A DNA stretch of 64,000 nucleotides, taken from the NCBI GenBank assembly GCA_965655095.1, contig OZ296648.1:84258001-84322000 (forward strand). Direction: 5' to 3'. Below, one piece after another: positions 38,501-50,447 of this stretch. The notes under the pieces were generated by a model. The model had not been told where the DNA came from. It searched no databases and saw only the letters and a list, made by a program, of their open reading frames with translations. Both the position numbers and the translations under genes were made by a program. The stretch comes from Haplodiscus bocki (lineage: Eukaryota). Positions within the stretch are counted from its first letter, which is position 1; each line of letters starts with the position of its first letter.

Positions 38501-41385
38501 TTTACGAGCGCTCTTTCGCAGGGGCTTTTTCCGTGCGTTGGTTCGCAGGGCCTTTTGCCGTGCGCTCTTTCGTAGGTTTTGTTTCCGTTCGGTCTGTCGT
38601 AGGGGCTTTTTCCGTGCGCTCCTCCGCAGGTTTTAATTCCGTTCCGTCTTTCCTAGGGGCTTCTTCCGTTCGGTCTTTCGCAGGGGCTTTTTCCGTGGAC
38701 TTTTTCGCAGCGCTTTCTCCATGCGCTCTCTCGCACGGGCTTTCTCCGTGCGCTCTTGCACAGGGGCTTTCTCCGTGCACTCTTTCGCAGGGGCTTTTTC
38801 CGTGCTCTTTCGCAGGGGCTTTATCCGTGCGCTCTTTCGCAGGGGCTTTTTCCGTGCGCTCTTTCGCAGGGTTTTTTTCCTTCCGCTCTTTCGCAAGGGT
38901 TTTTCCCGTGCGCTCTTTCGTAGGTTTTGTTTCCGTTCGGTCTTTCGTAGGGGCTTTTTCCGTGCGCACTTTCGCAGGGGCTTTTTCCGTGCGTTGTTTC
39001 GCCGGGGCTTTTTCAGTTCGCTCTTTCGTAGGTTTTGTTTCCATTCGGTCTGTTGTAGGGGCTTTTTCCGTGCGCCCCTCCCCAGGTTTTGTTTCCGTTC
39101 GGACTTTCGTAGGGGCTTCTTCCGTTCGGTCTATCGCAGGGGCTTCTTCCGTTCGGTCTTTCGCAGGTGCCTTTTCCGTGCTCTTTCGCAGGGGCTTTTT
39201 CCGTGCGCTCTTTCGCAGGGTTTTTCCTTCCGCTCTTTCGCAAGGGTTTTTCCCGTGCGCTCTTTCGTAGGTTTTGTTTCCGTTCGGTCTTTCGTAGGCG
39301 CTTTTTCCGTGCGCACTTTCGCAGGGGCTTTTTCCGTGCGTTGTTTCGTCGGGGCTTTTTCCGTTCGCTCTTTCGTAGGTTTTGTTTCCGTTCGGTCTGT
39401 TGTAGGGGCTTTTCCGTGCGCTCCTCCCCAGGTTTTGTTTCCGTTAGGTCTTTCGTAGGGGCTTCTTCCGTTCGGTCTATCGAAGGGGCTTTTTCCGTGC
39501 GCTCTTTCGCAGGTGCCTTTTCCGTGCACTCTTTCGCAGGGCCTTTTCTGTGCGCTCTTTCGCAGCGGCTTTTTCCGTGCGCTCTTTCGCAGGGGCTTTT
39601 TCCGTGAGCTCTTCCGCAGGGGCTTTTTCCGTGCGCTCTTTCGCAGGGGCTTCTTCCGCGCACTCTTTCGTAGCGGCTTTCTCCATGCGCTCTTTCGCAG
39701 GGGCTATTTCCGTGCGCTCTTTCGCACGGGCTTTTTCCGTGCGATCTTTCGGAGTGGCTTTTTCCGTGCGCTCTTTCGCAGGCGCTTTTTCCGTCCGCTC
39801 TTTCACAGGGGCTTTTTCCGTGCGCTCTTTGAAGGGGCTTCTTCCGTGCGATCATTCGGAGTGGCTTTTTCCGTGCGCTCTTTCGCAGGCGCTTTTTCCG
39901 TCCGCTCTTTCACAGGGGCTTTTTCCGTGCGCTCTTTGAAGGGGCTTCTTCCGTGCGCTATTTCGAAGGGGGCATTCTCCGTGCGCTCTTTCGCAGGCTC
40001 TTTTTTCGTGCGCTCTTTCGCAGGGGCATTTTCCGTGCGCTCTTTCGTAGGTTTTGTTTCCGTTCGGTCTGTCGTAGGGTCTTTTTCCGTGCGCTCTTTC
40101 GCAGGTTTTGTTTCCGTTCGGTCTTCCGTAGGGGCGTTTTCCGTTCAGTTTTTCGCAAGGGTTTTTTCCGTTCACTTTCTCTGGGGCTTTTTTCCGCGCG
40201 CTCCTCCGTAGGTTCTGTTTCCGTTCGGTCTTTCGTAAGGGCTTTTTACGAGCGCTTTTCGCAGGGGCTTTTTCCGTGCGTTGGTTCGCAGGGCCTTTTG
40301 CCGTGCGCTCTTTCGTAGGTTTTGTTTCCGTTCGGTCTGTCGTAGGGGCTTTTTCCGTGCGCTCCTCCGCAGGTTTTAATTCCGTTCCGTCTTTCCTAGG
40401 GGCTTCTTCCGTTCGGTCTTTCGCAGGGGCTTTTTCCGTGGACTTTTTCGCAGCGCTTTCTGCATGCGCTCTTTCGCACGGGCTTTCTCCGTGCGCTCTT
40501 TCACAGGGGCTTTCTCCGTGCACTCTTTCACAGGGGCCTTTTCTATGAGCTCTTTCGAAGGGGGCCTCTTCCGTGCGATCTTTCGTAGGTTTTGTTTCCG
40601 TTCGGTCTTTCGTAGGGGCTTCTTCCGTTCGGTCTATCGCAGGGGCTTTTTCCGTGCGCTCTTTCGCAGATGCCTTTTCCGTGCACTCTTTCGCAGGGGC
40701 CCTTTCTGTGCGCTCTTTCAGCGGCTTTTTCCGTGCGCTCTTTCGCAGGGGCTTTTTCCGTGCGCTCTTCCGCAGGGGCTTTTTCCGTGCGCTCTTTCGC
40801 AGTGGCTTTTTCCGTGCGCTCTTTCGCAGGGGCTTTTTCCGTGCGCTCTTTCGCAGGGGCTTCTTCCGTGCGCTCTTTCCCAGGGGCTTTTTCCGTGCAC
40901 TCTTTCCCACGGGCTTTTTCCGTGCGCTCTTTCGCAGTGGCTTTTTCCGTGCGCTCTTTGGCAGTGGCTTTTTCCGTGCGCTCTTTCGAAGGGGACTTTT
41001 TCCGTGCGCTCTTGCGAAGTAGGCTTTTTCCGTGCGCTCTCTCGCAAGTGCTCCTTCCGTGCGCTCTTTCGTAGGGGCTTTTTGCGTGCGCTCTTTCGCA
41101 AGGGCTTTTTCCGTGCGCTCTTTCTAGGTTTTGTTGCCGTTCGGTCTTTCCTAGGGGCCTTTTCCGTACGGTCTTTCCTAGGGGCCTTTTCAGTTCGGTC
41201 TTTCGCAGGGGCTTTTCCGTTCGGTCTATCGCAGGGTTTTTTTCCGTTCATTTTTGCAGGGGCTTTTTCCGTGCGCTCTTTCGTAGCGGCTTTTTCCGTG
41301 CGCTCTTTCGTAGGGGCTTTTTCAACGCGCTTTTTTTCGCAAAATCGCAAAGGCTCTTTCGGTGCGCTCATGCGCAGAGACTTTT
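35590..41385. repeat. 27-bp GC-rich minisatellite, ~5.8 kb (~215 units), with higher-order blocks
   Basis: Consensus TTTTTCCGTGCGCTCTTTCGCAGGGGC; common variant TTTGTTTCCGTTCGGTCTTTCGTAGG. Confidence 0.97.
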
Positions 41386-41549
41386 TTCAATGCTCACTTC
41401 CAGGTTTGAGTGTTATCTACGTGAAAAGAATAACACTTCAAAACTTTTTTTTCATCGTTTGATGAAAAAGGTTTGCATAATGTTTGGCGCAAATCCTTTC
41501 ATACGATAAAATATTACTCATTATCGCTTGAAATTATTACAACTCTTCC

Positions 41550-44500
41550 TCACTTGGGTTGGGAAACATCCGAAAAGGAGGGAGACGTCAGCGGCGAAAG
41601 GTCATTTAAGGGACTACAGTTGATTGTCACATCATCATAGTGTGAATCGAAATCTCGAAAGGAATCTTCTTCAGCTTCGTCCTCAATGAAAGGGTTTCTT
41701 TGTCTAGGAGTTGAATATTCCGGTTTGTTCATCGAAGTCAGTGACTTCTTCCAGTTCACTTTCAGACAATCTCGATGCAATCCAGGGTCAGGAGGAGTGA
41801 ATATCTCATTTAAAATTTGTGTTTCAACTTCATGGTTGCTTCGTTCACGGTCAGCATCATAATTTGAAATCGACGGAACCTTGATACCAGGGGAAACTGT
41901 GAAGACCCGGATAAGAGTAGACCAAGTCGGACTAATTTCTGGGGCTTCCTCTCGCTCTTCATCTCCCCAGTCATCGTCCTCCAGGATTTCCTCCAGGATT
42001 TCTCTATGCAATTGCCAGTCTCTTATTTCAAAGTGGCCAAAAGGTAGACAAGGTATGCCATCGTTTTGTATAAAACGCTTGTCATCAAAAGCACTTAACG
42101 ATATTTTGTTGTTTCGAGTGGTTTGGTGATGTTTCGAACAGCCAATTCGTATGTTGTTTGACCTCATGTGCTGACCACTTAGTAGAACACGTATGTAGAC
42201 ATCATGTTTCAGTGAAGTTTGAGCGAAGCGAGATACGCCTTTTGCTGACAATTTTTGCTGGTTCTCATAAACTATTGAGTACAATTTGGGTTTGAGACCA
42301 ACGAATTCTCGGATGATTTTCCCTGCCATCTCATCTTTGAATTTGAGTATGATCATTTTGTTTGTCACAATAAAGAGGACTGTCGTTCGGATAGTTAGAA
42401 AAGTGGAAGTGGTTTTGTAGCATGGGGTCATTTGCTAATTTCTCATAGAAATCCGGTCCTCTGATCTCATAAAATAGCGAGTCGGTATAAAAAAGTGAGC
42501 AGTCGAATGTCTTCTTCATTACCAGTAAACAAGAAGCTTTTTTAATCGATTCAGACTCTTTCAAAAACCCAAGCGTCGGTTTCGGAACGTTTCATCGTTG
42601 CATCTAGACCATTTCGCTGGGACGCCTGATGAGTATCGGTATCGATTCAAACTATATCGGTGGAAAATACACCAACTCCTTTGTTTTAGTCTTAGGGGTG
42701 AAAGTAGTGATTTTGACGTTTTATGCTTACCTTGTAATGGAATTCATACATAAGGAACTTGGCAAGATCGAGTAAGCAAGCGCCCACGAGAGTTGGCGTA
42801 TCCCAGTAAATTTGTCCTCGGCGACTTGCAATTGCTACCAGATTTTCATCGAAGATGTTGATTGATTTCAACAAACCTTTATCAGAGTTTTCAAGGATGG
42901 CTTCTCTTGTCTCAACTAGTTTTACGTTTACCCTGCTTCGTTTGCTTTCAAGAGTTTTACCGTAACAAGAATTGTTCATAAGCTTATATAATGACCCTTC
43001 GAACTTATTCTTTGACTGAGTTCGCATTCTGATGTTCAAGCTGATGTAGGGATCCAACCACTTTTCTTGTTTGAACTGAAGGACCCGATGTACTTTAGTA
43101 ACTTTGAGACCAAGATCCACGTAGAGCTATAGGGTAATGTAATGAACGGTGTAATTTTCCTTCGCGAATAACGTCTGTACAAGCTTTGGCGTGGTAACAC
43201 GTCCATTGCATGCTTGATCCAATAGACCCATCTGATACCCGGACAACATATTGCGATCAATTTTCTTTTTCGTTGGAGCCAGTGGAAAGTTTGTGCATAT
43301 TGTGGAGGTAATAGGGATAGTCCAAGTCGATTTCTAATACGAAGCCAAGTTCCGAGTAGTTTGCGGTCTTAAGAACTGTGCTAAGTTCAATATCCACGAT
43401 CTCAAACTCGCCCAAAGGCAGTGGAAAATTTTGCAAGATTCCAGCGTAAAGATTGTTTGCATCCACGAGGAAACCATATGTTCTTGCTTTTGTCTCGTCA
43501 AATCCTTCCAGGTACTTGTTCATCGTTGCCAAACTCTTTGAAAACACTGAGGAGACACCCCCGTTGATCAAGTTTTCATCCATCTTCAAACGACTACGGT
43601 CCGTGAGCAATTCCACTCTTGCTTTACTAACTTTTAGGAAAGCATCGCCAGAAAGATGAGAAAACGTGTAATAGTGAGCACCATCCAATCCGTAAAAAGA
43701 GTACGTAACTTTTCGAAACTGCTCGACCACATATGCAAGTAGCAAAGTGCACGTTATTAGGTAAAGGTCGTGATAACTACCGAGGTTATCGCACCCAAAC
43801 TTTTGGAAAACTTTTGCTGCATGTTGAAAGTTCTCTGGAGTAATTGACACCTGAACATCTTGGAGAGAGTTCGTCCATTTCTCTACACTGGGCAAGGATT
43901 TTTCCTGAAATTTCTAATGTGAATCGAAAGAGTAGGGGTAAAATCCCTTTTGATGGAGAAGTTGCAAGTATTCGGAACAATGTTGAGGAAAGTATTTTCC
44001 AATAAACTGAAGTTAGCTGCAGGTGTGTAACTCACCAGTTTGTCCAGAGACGAGGCTATGAATCTAAAGGAGTCGACGAAACGTAAAAAATCATAGATAT
44101 ATTTTTCAACTCCTCGACGGTCGGTGTAAGACGCAACTCTAAGATCAATCAGAAGCGAAATGTATTTTTCATCGGTTATAGGAATGACTTGAATTTTACT
44201 ATCTTCTGGGAAAAGGTGCCGACTTTTGCAAACAAAATGTAAATCACAATACGAAAGATTATGAGCGAGTAACGGAATGTAGTTTACCGTGCGTCGTTTA
44301 AGGTTGCATTTACTGTGTGCGAAACCCAAGAACTTTCCGCTGGCATGACAGTGATCTAAAACTCTTTCGCTTTCAGCTAAACCTCTTTCACAAACCCAGC
44401 ACTGATCGGAAGGAAAGTGAGGTGACCTGTGTACACTCGACGTAATTGCTTCATTTCGTAAAAGTCTTTTGCAAGTTTTTAAGTTTTCGACGAACCTTTG

Positions 44501-45976
44501 TATAAAATTAGACGATCTTTCCAATTTGAAAAAGACAGGTTCCGGGTTGTTGTGCTCGATAACAACCAAGCAAAATCCACAAGGCTCGTGTCTCTCTATA
44601 ATGTCCCTTGAACTTCTATCAGAAGTGTGGTAACATGTTGCTGCAGGTCTGATGAGCGTTTCAAAGTCAAAATACATAACATAAGGTGCGAACCATCTGG
44701 ACTGGTAATTTCGAATATGTAGGTCATTTTTAGTTTCATCTGGTAGTTTAATAAAGGCTGCCTTGTTTTGCATGCAAGTCTCAATATGTCTTCCGTAAAC
44801 TTCAGCTGTGCAGCAAATAGAAAAGCAGTTACGGCATATTTTGCTACTGGATCGTGGGACTTGTTTCAAATTGCTGACCAAAATTTTCAAGTCTTTGATC
44901 AAAACATAGTGGTAAGCTTGACCATCGCTAAGAAGAAGGTCTAAGATGAATGGCCATTCCTGTCGTTTTGATATTCGCAGTGGAATGAGATCTTCCTTTT
45001 GGTAACGGAATACAATAACTTGAACTTTGTTGGTTGGTTGAAAGCCATCGGCATTTCGAAATCGCCAAATGGTTGTGTCATTGGTGTGGATGGACTATAT
45101 GTTTCTGGGTCCGTTCCCATTCGCCAACAAACATTTTCATACAGACTCTGAGCAAAAGTAATATGCGACGCGGCCACGTAACAATAGAGGAAGCAGTTAA
45201 TATCCTCCCGACTCCTTATGTTCAACAGGCAGTTCATACTTTGCAGGTCATTTGGCAATGCAAAGTAGGATGAACCTCAAATGGGGACGTACGACACTAG
45301 TTTACCGTAAAGACCATTGATATCTTTGAGCATCCACCCACTTCCATGGGAAGTAAAACTGACCAGAATCGATAACAACTGATCCAAAGTCGTGAAAAAA
45401 GCGTCCCCTGTGTTTCTCACCGAGATAGACTGTTTACATTTTGGAGTTCACGTGAACCGTGAGATCAGTGGCATCTTCATCCTCTGAGGCAGGTTTTTCC
45501 AATTTTACTCTTGCTGATAGCTGCACTTTTTTCGGTTCGGCTTGAACAGCTTCTTCTATAAACTCATCAATATTTTGCTTTCGGTCTACCATGAACTGTA
45601 GGAAATCATGATCACCGTTTGCTTCTAAGCAGTACATTTGCACTGCACCACCAAAAGCAGATGCTTGAGGTAGCTTGCGTTCCGAATTTTGGGTTTGCGT
45701 AAATGCAGGCAAAGATTGAACTTCTTGTAAAGGTTTATTGAAAATTTCTGTATGAGAGAAGAGACTGTTGCAGTAAATGCAGAGCTTCTGTTTTGTTGTA
45801 CCATGTTTTTCTTCAACGTGTTTTTTCATTACTGCCAAAGAGCCATTTTTGAAAGGACATCCCATGCAGTTTCCCTGCTCTGACTTCAACGTTTCAATGT
45901 TATGAATATTGTGCAGATGCCGATATAAGTTTTGCTTGTTCGCAAATGTGTTACTGCAATTATCACAGTTTATCAT
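41550..45976 (-). pseudogene. polB: Protein-primed family B DNA polymerase with N-terminal C2H2 fingers and an endonuclease VII-like insert, frameshifted
   Basis: C2H2 fingers (45434-45976); GSSYFALP..CFLYC; YFDFET (ExoI); CWVC..DHCH.SGKFLG.AH..CNL (EndoVII-like); HNLS.DLH; FVDSFRF; DANNLY (motif A); KLMNNSCYGKT (motif B); YTDS (motif C); KFKDE..FVGLKPKLYS..KGV..FDDKR. Confidence 0.95.
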
Positions 45977-46623
45977 GTTTTCCGCTGCTGAGTTTATTGA
46001 ACTGAATTTGAAAATTTGAGAAAGTATTTATGTTCTCCCATTTTGTTTACGATCTCTGTTTTGTTGACTAACGCTGCAAGCTAAAAGTGGGTCATCTTAT
46101 CAAATGCGTAACTACTGCAGAAGTTCTGAGTGTTTATGATAGTGTATTTCGTCTTCATCTGGAGACAATTACCTCTCGTTCTTTTCTTTGTTCAAAAATA
46201 AACTTTTGCTGATCGCTTTTGCTCTCCAGTCACCACCTTTACTACTCTGCACCTCAACTATGACTAGCTTCACACGCGCTATTTCTTTGAAGTTTGTTTA
46301 TTCTGATTTTACTGCCATCCGCTTACTGTAAAATACGCCTGAGTGGCTGCATTTTTTTGTTTTAGCGGAAGAGACACTAATTGTTTTTATACTAGTAATC
46401 CTCAAAGTGAAAATTAATCTAACTGAGGAAATCAAAAAACGTATAGAAAAAATTTTCTTGTTGAATATCGGATAATGTAGATGACAATCATGAATGTATC
46501 TATCCAATATAAGATAATTCAGAGTTCGGAAAGATCTACTGTCTTTACTTCTGGTGAGAATGTGGAACGGTATTCTAATTTCTTTTTTGGCGCTGGAGGA
46601 CATTCAGGAGAGTAGCAAGGCCT

Positions 46624-47052
46624 TCATTTTACAGGAGTTTCAAGATGATTGAATTCTGTACTGTCCTCATTATAATCTTGATATGCAGGTATTGGAAATG
46701 GAGATGACGGCGTTACTGCTCTCAGACGTGGAGACTGCGAGCTGCTAACTATCTCCCAAGACCACTCTAACGTTTCTAAGTCCGAAATATAACCCAACTG
46801 GTTCTCGGATAGGGGTATGTCTCCACAATCGAAACGGAATAAGACTCCGCGAACACTAACAGGTAATTCGAAACGGTCAACATTTGTACGTACATGAAAA
46901 TTATCCTCTGCAAGAGCCACACTTCCCAAACTGTTTACAATGTTAGGTGGGACGCTCTTGCTCTTCAGCAAACCAAATATGTCTTTAGGTACGGATATGC
47001 AGTTTTCGACGCTCCACTCCACATTCGATTTCTTTTCTCTGACAATCATCAC
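46624..47052 (-). CDS. Polinton accessory ORF, unknown
   Basis: 142-aa open frame upstream of polB; no motif recognised. Confidence 0.35.
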   Translation of the reverse strand: MMIVREKKSNVEWSVENCISVPKDIFGLLKSKSVPPNIVNSLGSVALAEDNFHVRTNVDRFELPVSVRGVLFRFDCGDIPLSENQLGYISDLETLEWSWEIVSSSQSPRLRAVTPSSPFPIPAYQDYNEDSTEFNHLETPVK

Positions 47053-47750
47053 CGATTCATTAAACCAAGTTTCGTAAAAAGTTTAACGATAGGAGCAAAA
47101 AAAACTAGTGAAGGTTTGAACCTCTAGTTTCATTCTGTGAATAATAATTGTATACAATCTTTAATATTTGAAGTTAGATTTCGTGTAGTATCGAAAGTGT
47201 GAAATCACTGTAAAAAGAAGAAATTTTTTTAGAGGTACCGAGTTATCAATTTGACGACTTATTGAAATTTAACTAGTTATCGAGAAAGGGAAATTAGAAG
47301 GGTGACAAAATGAAATGGGTTTTTTTACTTTACATGTAATGTCTAGACAGTAGACATTTTTTTTGCATGTATTGTCCAGACCTTCCAGGTTTAAGTTGTT
47401 ATAGATTTGTTTACCTGTCGTATAACGAATAATGGTCCTGATTCTGTCATTTAATCACAATCAAGGTTTTTGTGTAGGCGACAGAAGAACTTTTTCAAGG
47501 AGTAAAACAAGTCCCGGCACGTTCCTGTTTTCAAAGTATTTTGACCTAATTTTTTTTCCATTTTGTTTGCCAATTATTATCGCTGCTTGTAAACAAAATA
47601 ACGGTTCCCTTCTAACATTAAAGTTCCAGCCCTATTTATCAAACATTCTCTGTCTGGTTTTAATTTAACAGCTTAGGTCATTTAACTTCTCACGTTCCCT
47701 AGAAAACAGTTTCCTGTTCTAATTTGCTAATTTGCCCAACTGCTCATAAA

Positions 47751-48077
47751 ATGAATCGTCCATTCTTTGCCGTCACTGATAAAGATTTCGGAGATAGCTG
47801 CATCCATATTTCGGGAACTGAGAGGCGTCTCATACCAGTTACCACGAAAACCTATTCCAACAGGGGGGCCTACTTGTTTCCGAAACTTTTCAAAAAAGGA
47901 GTTGATGATGAGTACTATCTTGATCAACGACTTACACTCACTGCTTCTGAGTTTCACCAGTTGACTAACAATGAAGAGAATATTGGAATGCAACCAGGAC
48001 CCGAAGAGGAGGATGTAATGCCAACTATCAAGCGAGCGGAGCCATCTAACAAACAATTTCTTAAAATGCCCAGATGA
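47751..48077 (+). CDS. PC4-like ssDNA-binding protein (tentative)
   Basis: ISGTERRLIPVTTKTYSNRGAYLFPKLFKK..YYLDQRLTLTASEFHQL matches the PC4 beta-strands-then-LTxxEFxxL pattern. Confidence 0.45.
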   Translation: MNRPFFAVTDKDFGDSCIHISGTERRLIPVTTKTYSNRGAYLFPKLFKKGVDDEYYLDQRLTLTASEFHQLTNNEENIGMQPGPEEEDVMPTIKRAEPSNKQFLKMPR

Positions 48078-48640
48078 TGTTCTTCTGGCAGTAACTCTAT
48101 ATAATATTTCATTTAAACGTTTTTGCCAGTGAACATACATCTTCTTTCATCAATTCATTTTTAAATGCCAAGAACATTTTTTTCTTTTTGAGACGGTAAG
48201 TTCGTTCCGTGAATGTTACCAAATGTGAATTAGTTTTTTCTCAGTTTCCCAAAAATGGTTGAGGCTATGTACGAACAAACGCCCGATATCTTCATGAAGT
48301 TTCGGAAAAACTTTCGTTATCTCATTTGTTTGGAACAACCGCGTGTGGAGAAAGATTTCGAAAACGACATCTGTTATGCCTTTGGTCTGCACTCTGAAGA
48401 AAGCGAATACTGTGACATTGAGCAAAAACATTATAATCTTCTGGAATCAAGCTCCAAATTTCAAAAGCAGGGAAAAGGGTAGGCTGTGCCATGTATATAT
48501 TCAACTTTCTCGTCCCTGATACACACTACTAATTATTTAGAGTTGAACGGTGATACAACTGAAAAACTTAATCGAGCTGTATCAAATAATAAGAATCCGG
48601 ACAGCAGGAGCCCATTTTTCAGAAAAACGAAATGAACACG
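48070..48640 (+). pseudogene. Polinton accessory gene, probably spliced, with LxCxE motif
   Basis: ORF 48255-48482 is flanked by GT-AG intron candidates at 48196-48244 and 48479-48540. LICLE is encoded at 48321-48335. Confidence 0.4.
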
Positions 48641-48903
48641 CAAACGAGTCCCCGTAGTGAGAAACTGTAACGAAAAATTAGCGCAAACCAGCGACTTGTC
48701 TCGAGTTCTTCTCAGTAGACTAAATCTGAAACTTGATTGTCATCATGCAGCCTTATTTTATGGAAATGTTGATATTTTCAATTCTGGCTTTGGTACTAAA
48801 AACAATGAGTTTCTAGCCTTTCATTTTGATTCATCCTGTCCAGCAAAAAAACAAGATTTTGAAAACTGGGTAATTTTAACGTGAGTGAAGATAAGTATAA
48901 CTT

Positions 48904-49323
48904 TTATAAAAGTTTTACAAATCTTAATAAGCGTTCATCATCGATTAGCGTTATTACAGGGTAGTAACCACTGGAAACATAATGAGCAATGTATATACAA
49001 TAAAGTCCATATAAGTTCGATGTAGGCTGTTGAAATGGTTTTTGAATTAGTTTGACAACTGAAATCTGGATAGGTAAGGCGCTCATTAACTTTCTTGAAG
49101 GCATCCAGGAGTAAGCCCAATGGGTCACCGGATAGGTAGATTGCGCCTTTGTTGCATATCGAGAGCCAATGCTTCCATTCCTCAAAAGAATTTTCGGAGT
49201 TCACAATAAGGAAAGTGTCGTCCTTGAGAGGTATAGGAATTGTATCTGCAGAGAATACCCCCAGGAGTCTATGTCTAGGTACCTACATTTCGTTATCTGT
49301 AGTAAAATTGCGGTACGATCCAT
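48904..49323 (-). pseudogene. Adenain-like cysteine maturation protease
   Basis: LGVFSAD..FLIVNSE..KHWL (His), DPLG (Asp), QQPTSNL(Y)GLYCIY (Gln/Cys motif with the catalytic Cys mutated). Confidence 0.88.
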
Positions 49324-50447
49324 CAACGCCTGGTTTCCAGCTTTGTGTTCAAGAAAGTATTTTTGGAAACCTTTCGAGAGGAGTCAATGTAAAGAGTAGA
49401 AGAACGTTCACCTAGCAAAAAACTTGTTGTCCAAAAGCTAGAGCTTCGAGCAAATTAGGGTAGAGTTTCTTATCATTCTCTGTTTGAAGAGGAGTTCCGG
49501 CAACAGGATAACCGTTAAGATAAACTGTAATGCTGTTGAGATTGAATTTGTGGAAATGGAAAAGATTTACACGCTTGGCTCCCAGAAAGCCCTCGTTTGT
49601 TGCCATAGCTATTGCAAACCTTCGAATGGGCTCCCTGGTGAAAACATCTTCGTGACTTCAACTCTGCACACCCTGTGGAAAGGAGAAACGTTTTGGGTAT
49701 GATCTCAGTATAATATCTCAATAGCTGTGTAAACGTTGTCACTTACTGTCATTTTTCGAACGTATAAATTGGCTTGTAAAATCTCGATTTTATAATCTTT
49801 TGTTTCATCATCGTAAAATAATGCATATTCTGGTCGGTTTCTGAAGAACGAGATTCTCAGTGTAACTCCACTTATCAGGTGTTTATCACATGAAGAAAAG
49901 TCCGACGCAATTCTTCCAATGAAAGATAACTCTGCGGACTCCCGAGTTTCAGCTGCCCTTGTAATGAAAACTGTTTTGGTTGAGTCATCAGGTTGCTTTT
50001 CATAAGAATATCCCTGATATTTCAACCAAGTATCTTTAGTTTCCTTGTTGTGCGAGAAGTCTGTTTCAATTAAAACTTTTTGAGCGTAAATGCCATTAGC
50101 AGAAATTTTGATGCCATTCGCAGTAACACTGGGCTCAGAGAAAAGAGAATGTAGAGTATTATTAACAAAGAATGGTGCATCAGCTGCCGCAGCATTCCTT
50201 GCATCGTATTCCAGTTTGTCACCATTAGGTCTGAGAATCCTACATTTTACCTCGAGATAGATGTTTGTAAATTGATGAAATGGGTTCGATCTCCAACCAC
50301 TTCAAACTCTAGTGTCGGTCCATTTGGAGCATATACTCGATCAATTTTCAGCTCGAATGATGTATTGAAAGTAATCAAGAGAGGGGGACGTTCGAAAACA
50401 TTCTATGAACTGTGTGACGCTTCAACGGGTAATACGTTAGGTAACAT
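49323..50447 (-). pseudogene. Major capsid protein (double jelly-roll), disrupted
   Basis: PTLEFEV..IYLEVKCRI..FVNNTLHSLFS; YQGY; DKHLISGVTLRISF.RN..ANLYVRKM; FHFHKFNL..YLNGYPV. Apparent deletion before the C-terminal GERSSTLYIDSSRKV. Confidence 0.88.

Noticed and set aside
35590-41385. CRISPR-like array
   Set aside because: Units are head-to-tail with no unique spacers, there are no cas genes, and the context is eukaryotic.
35584-41462. The many long ORFs on both strands as separate genes
   Set aside because: They are a by-product of a stop-free 27-bp repeat; no single frame spans the array.
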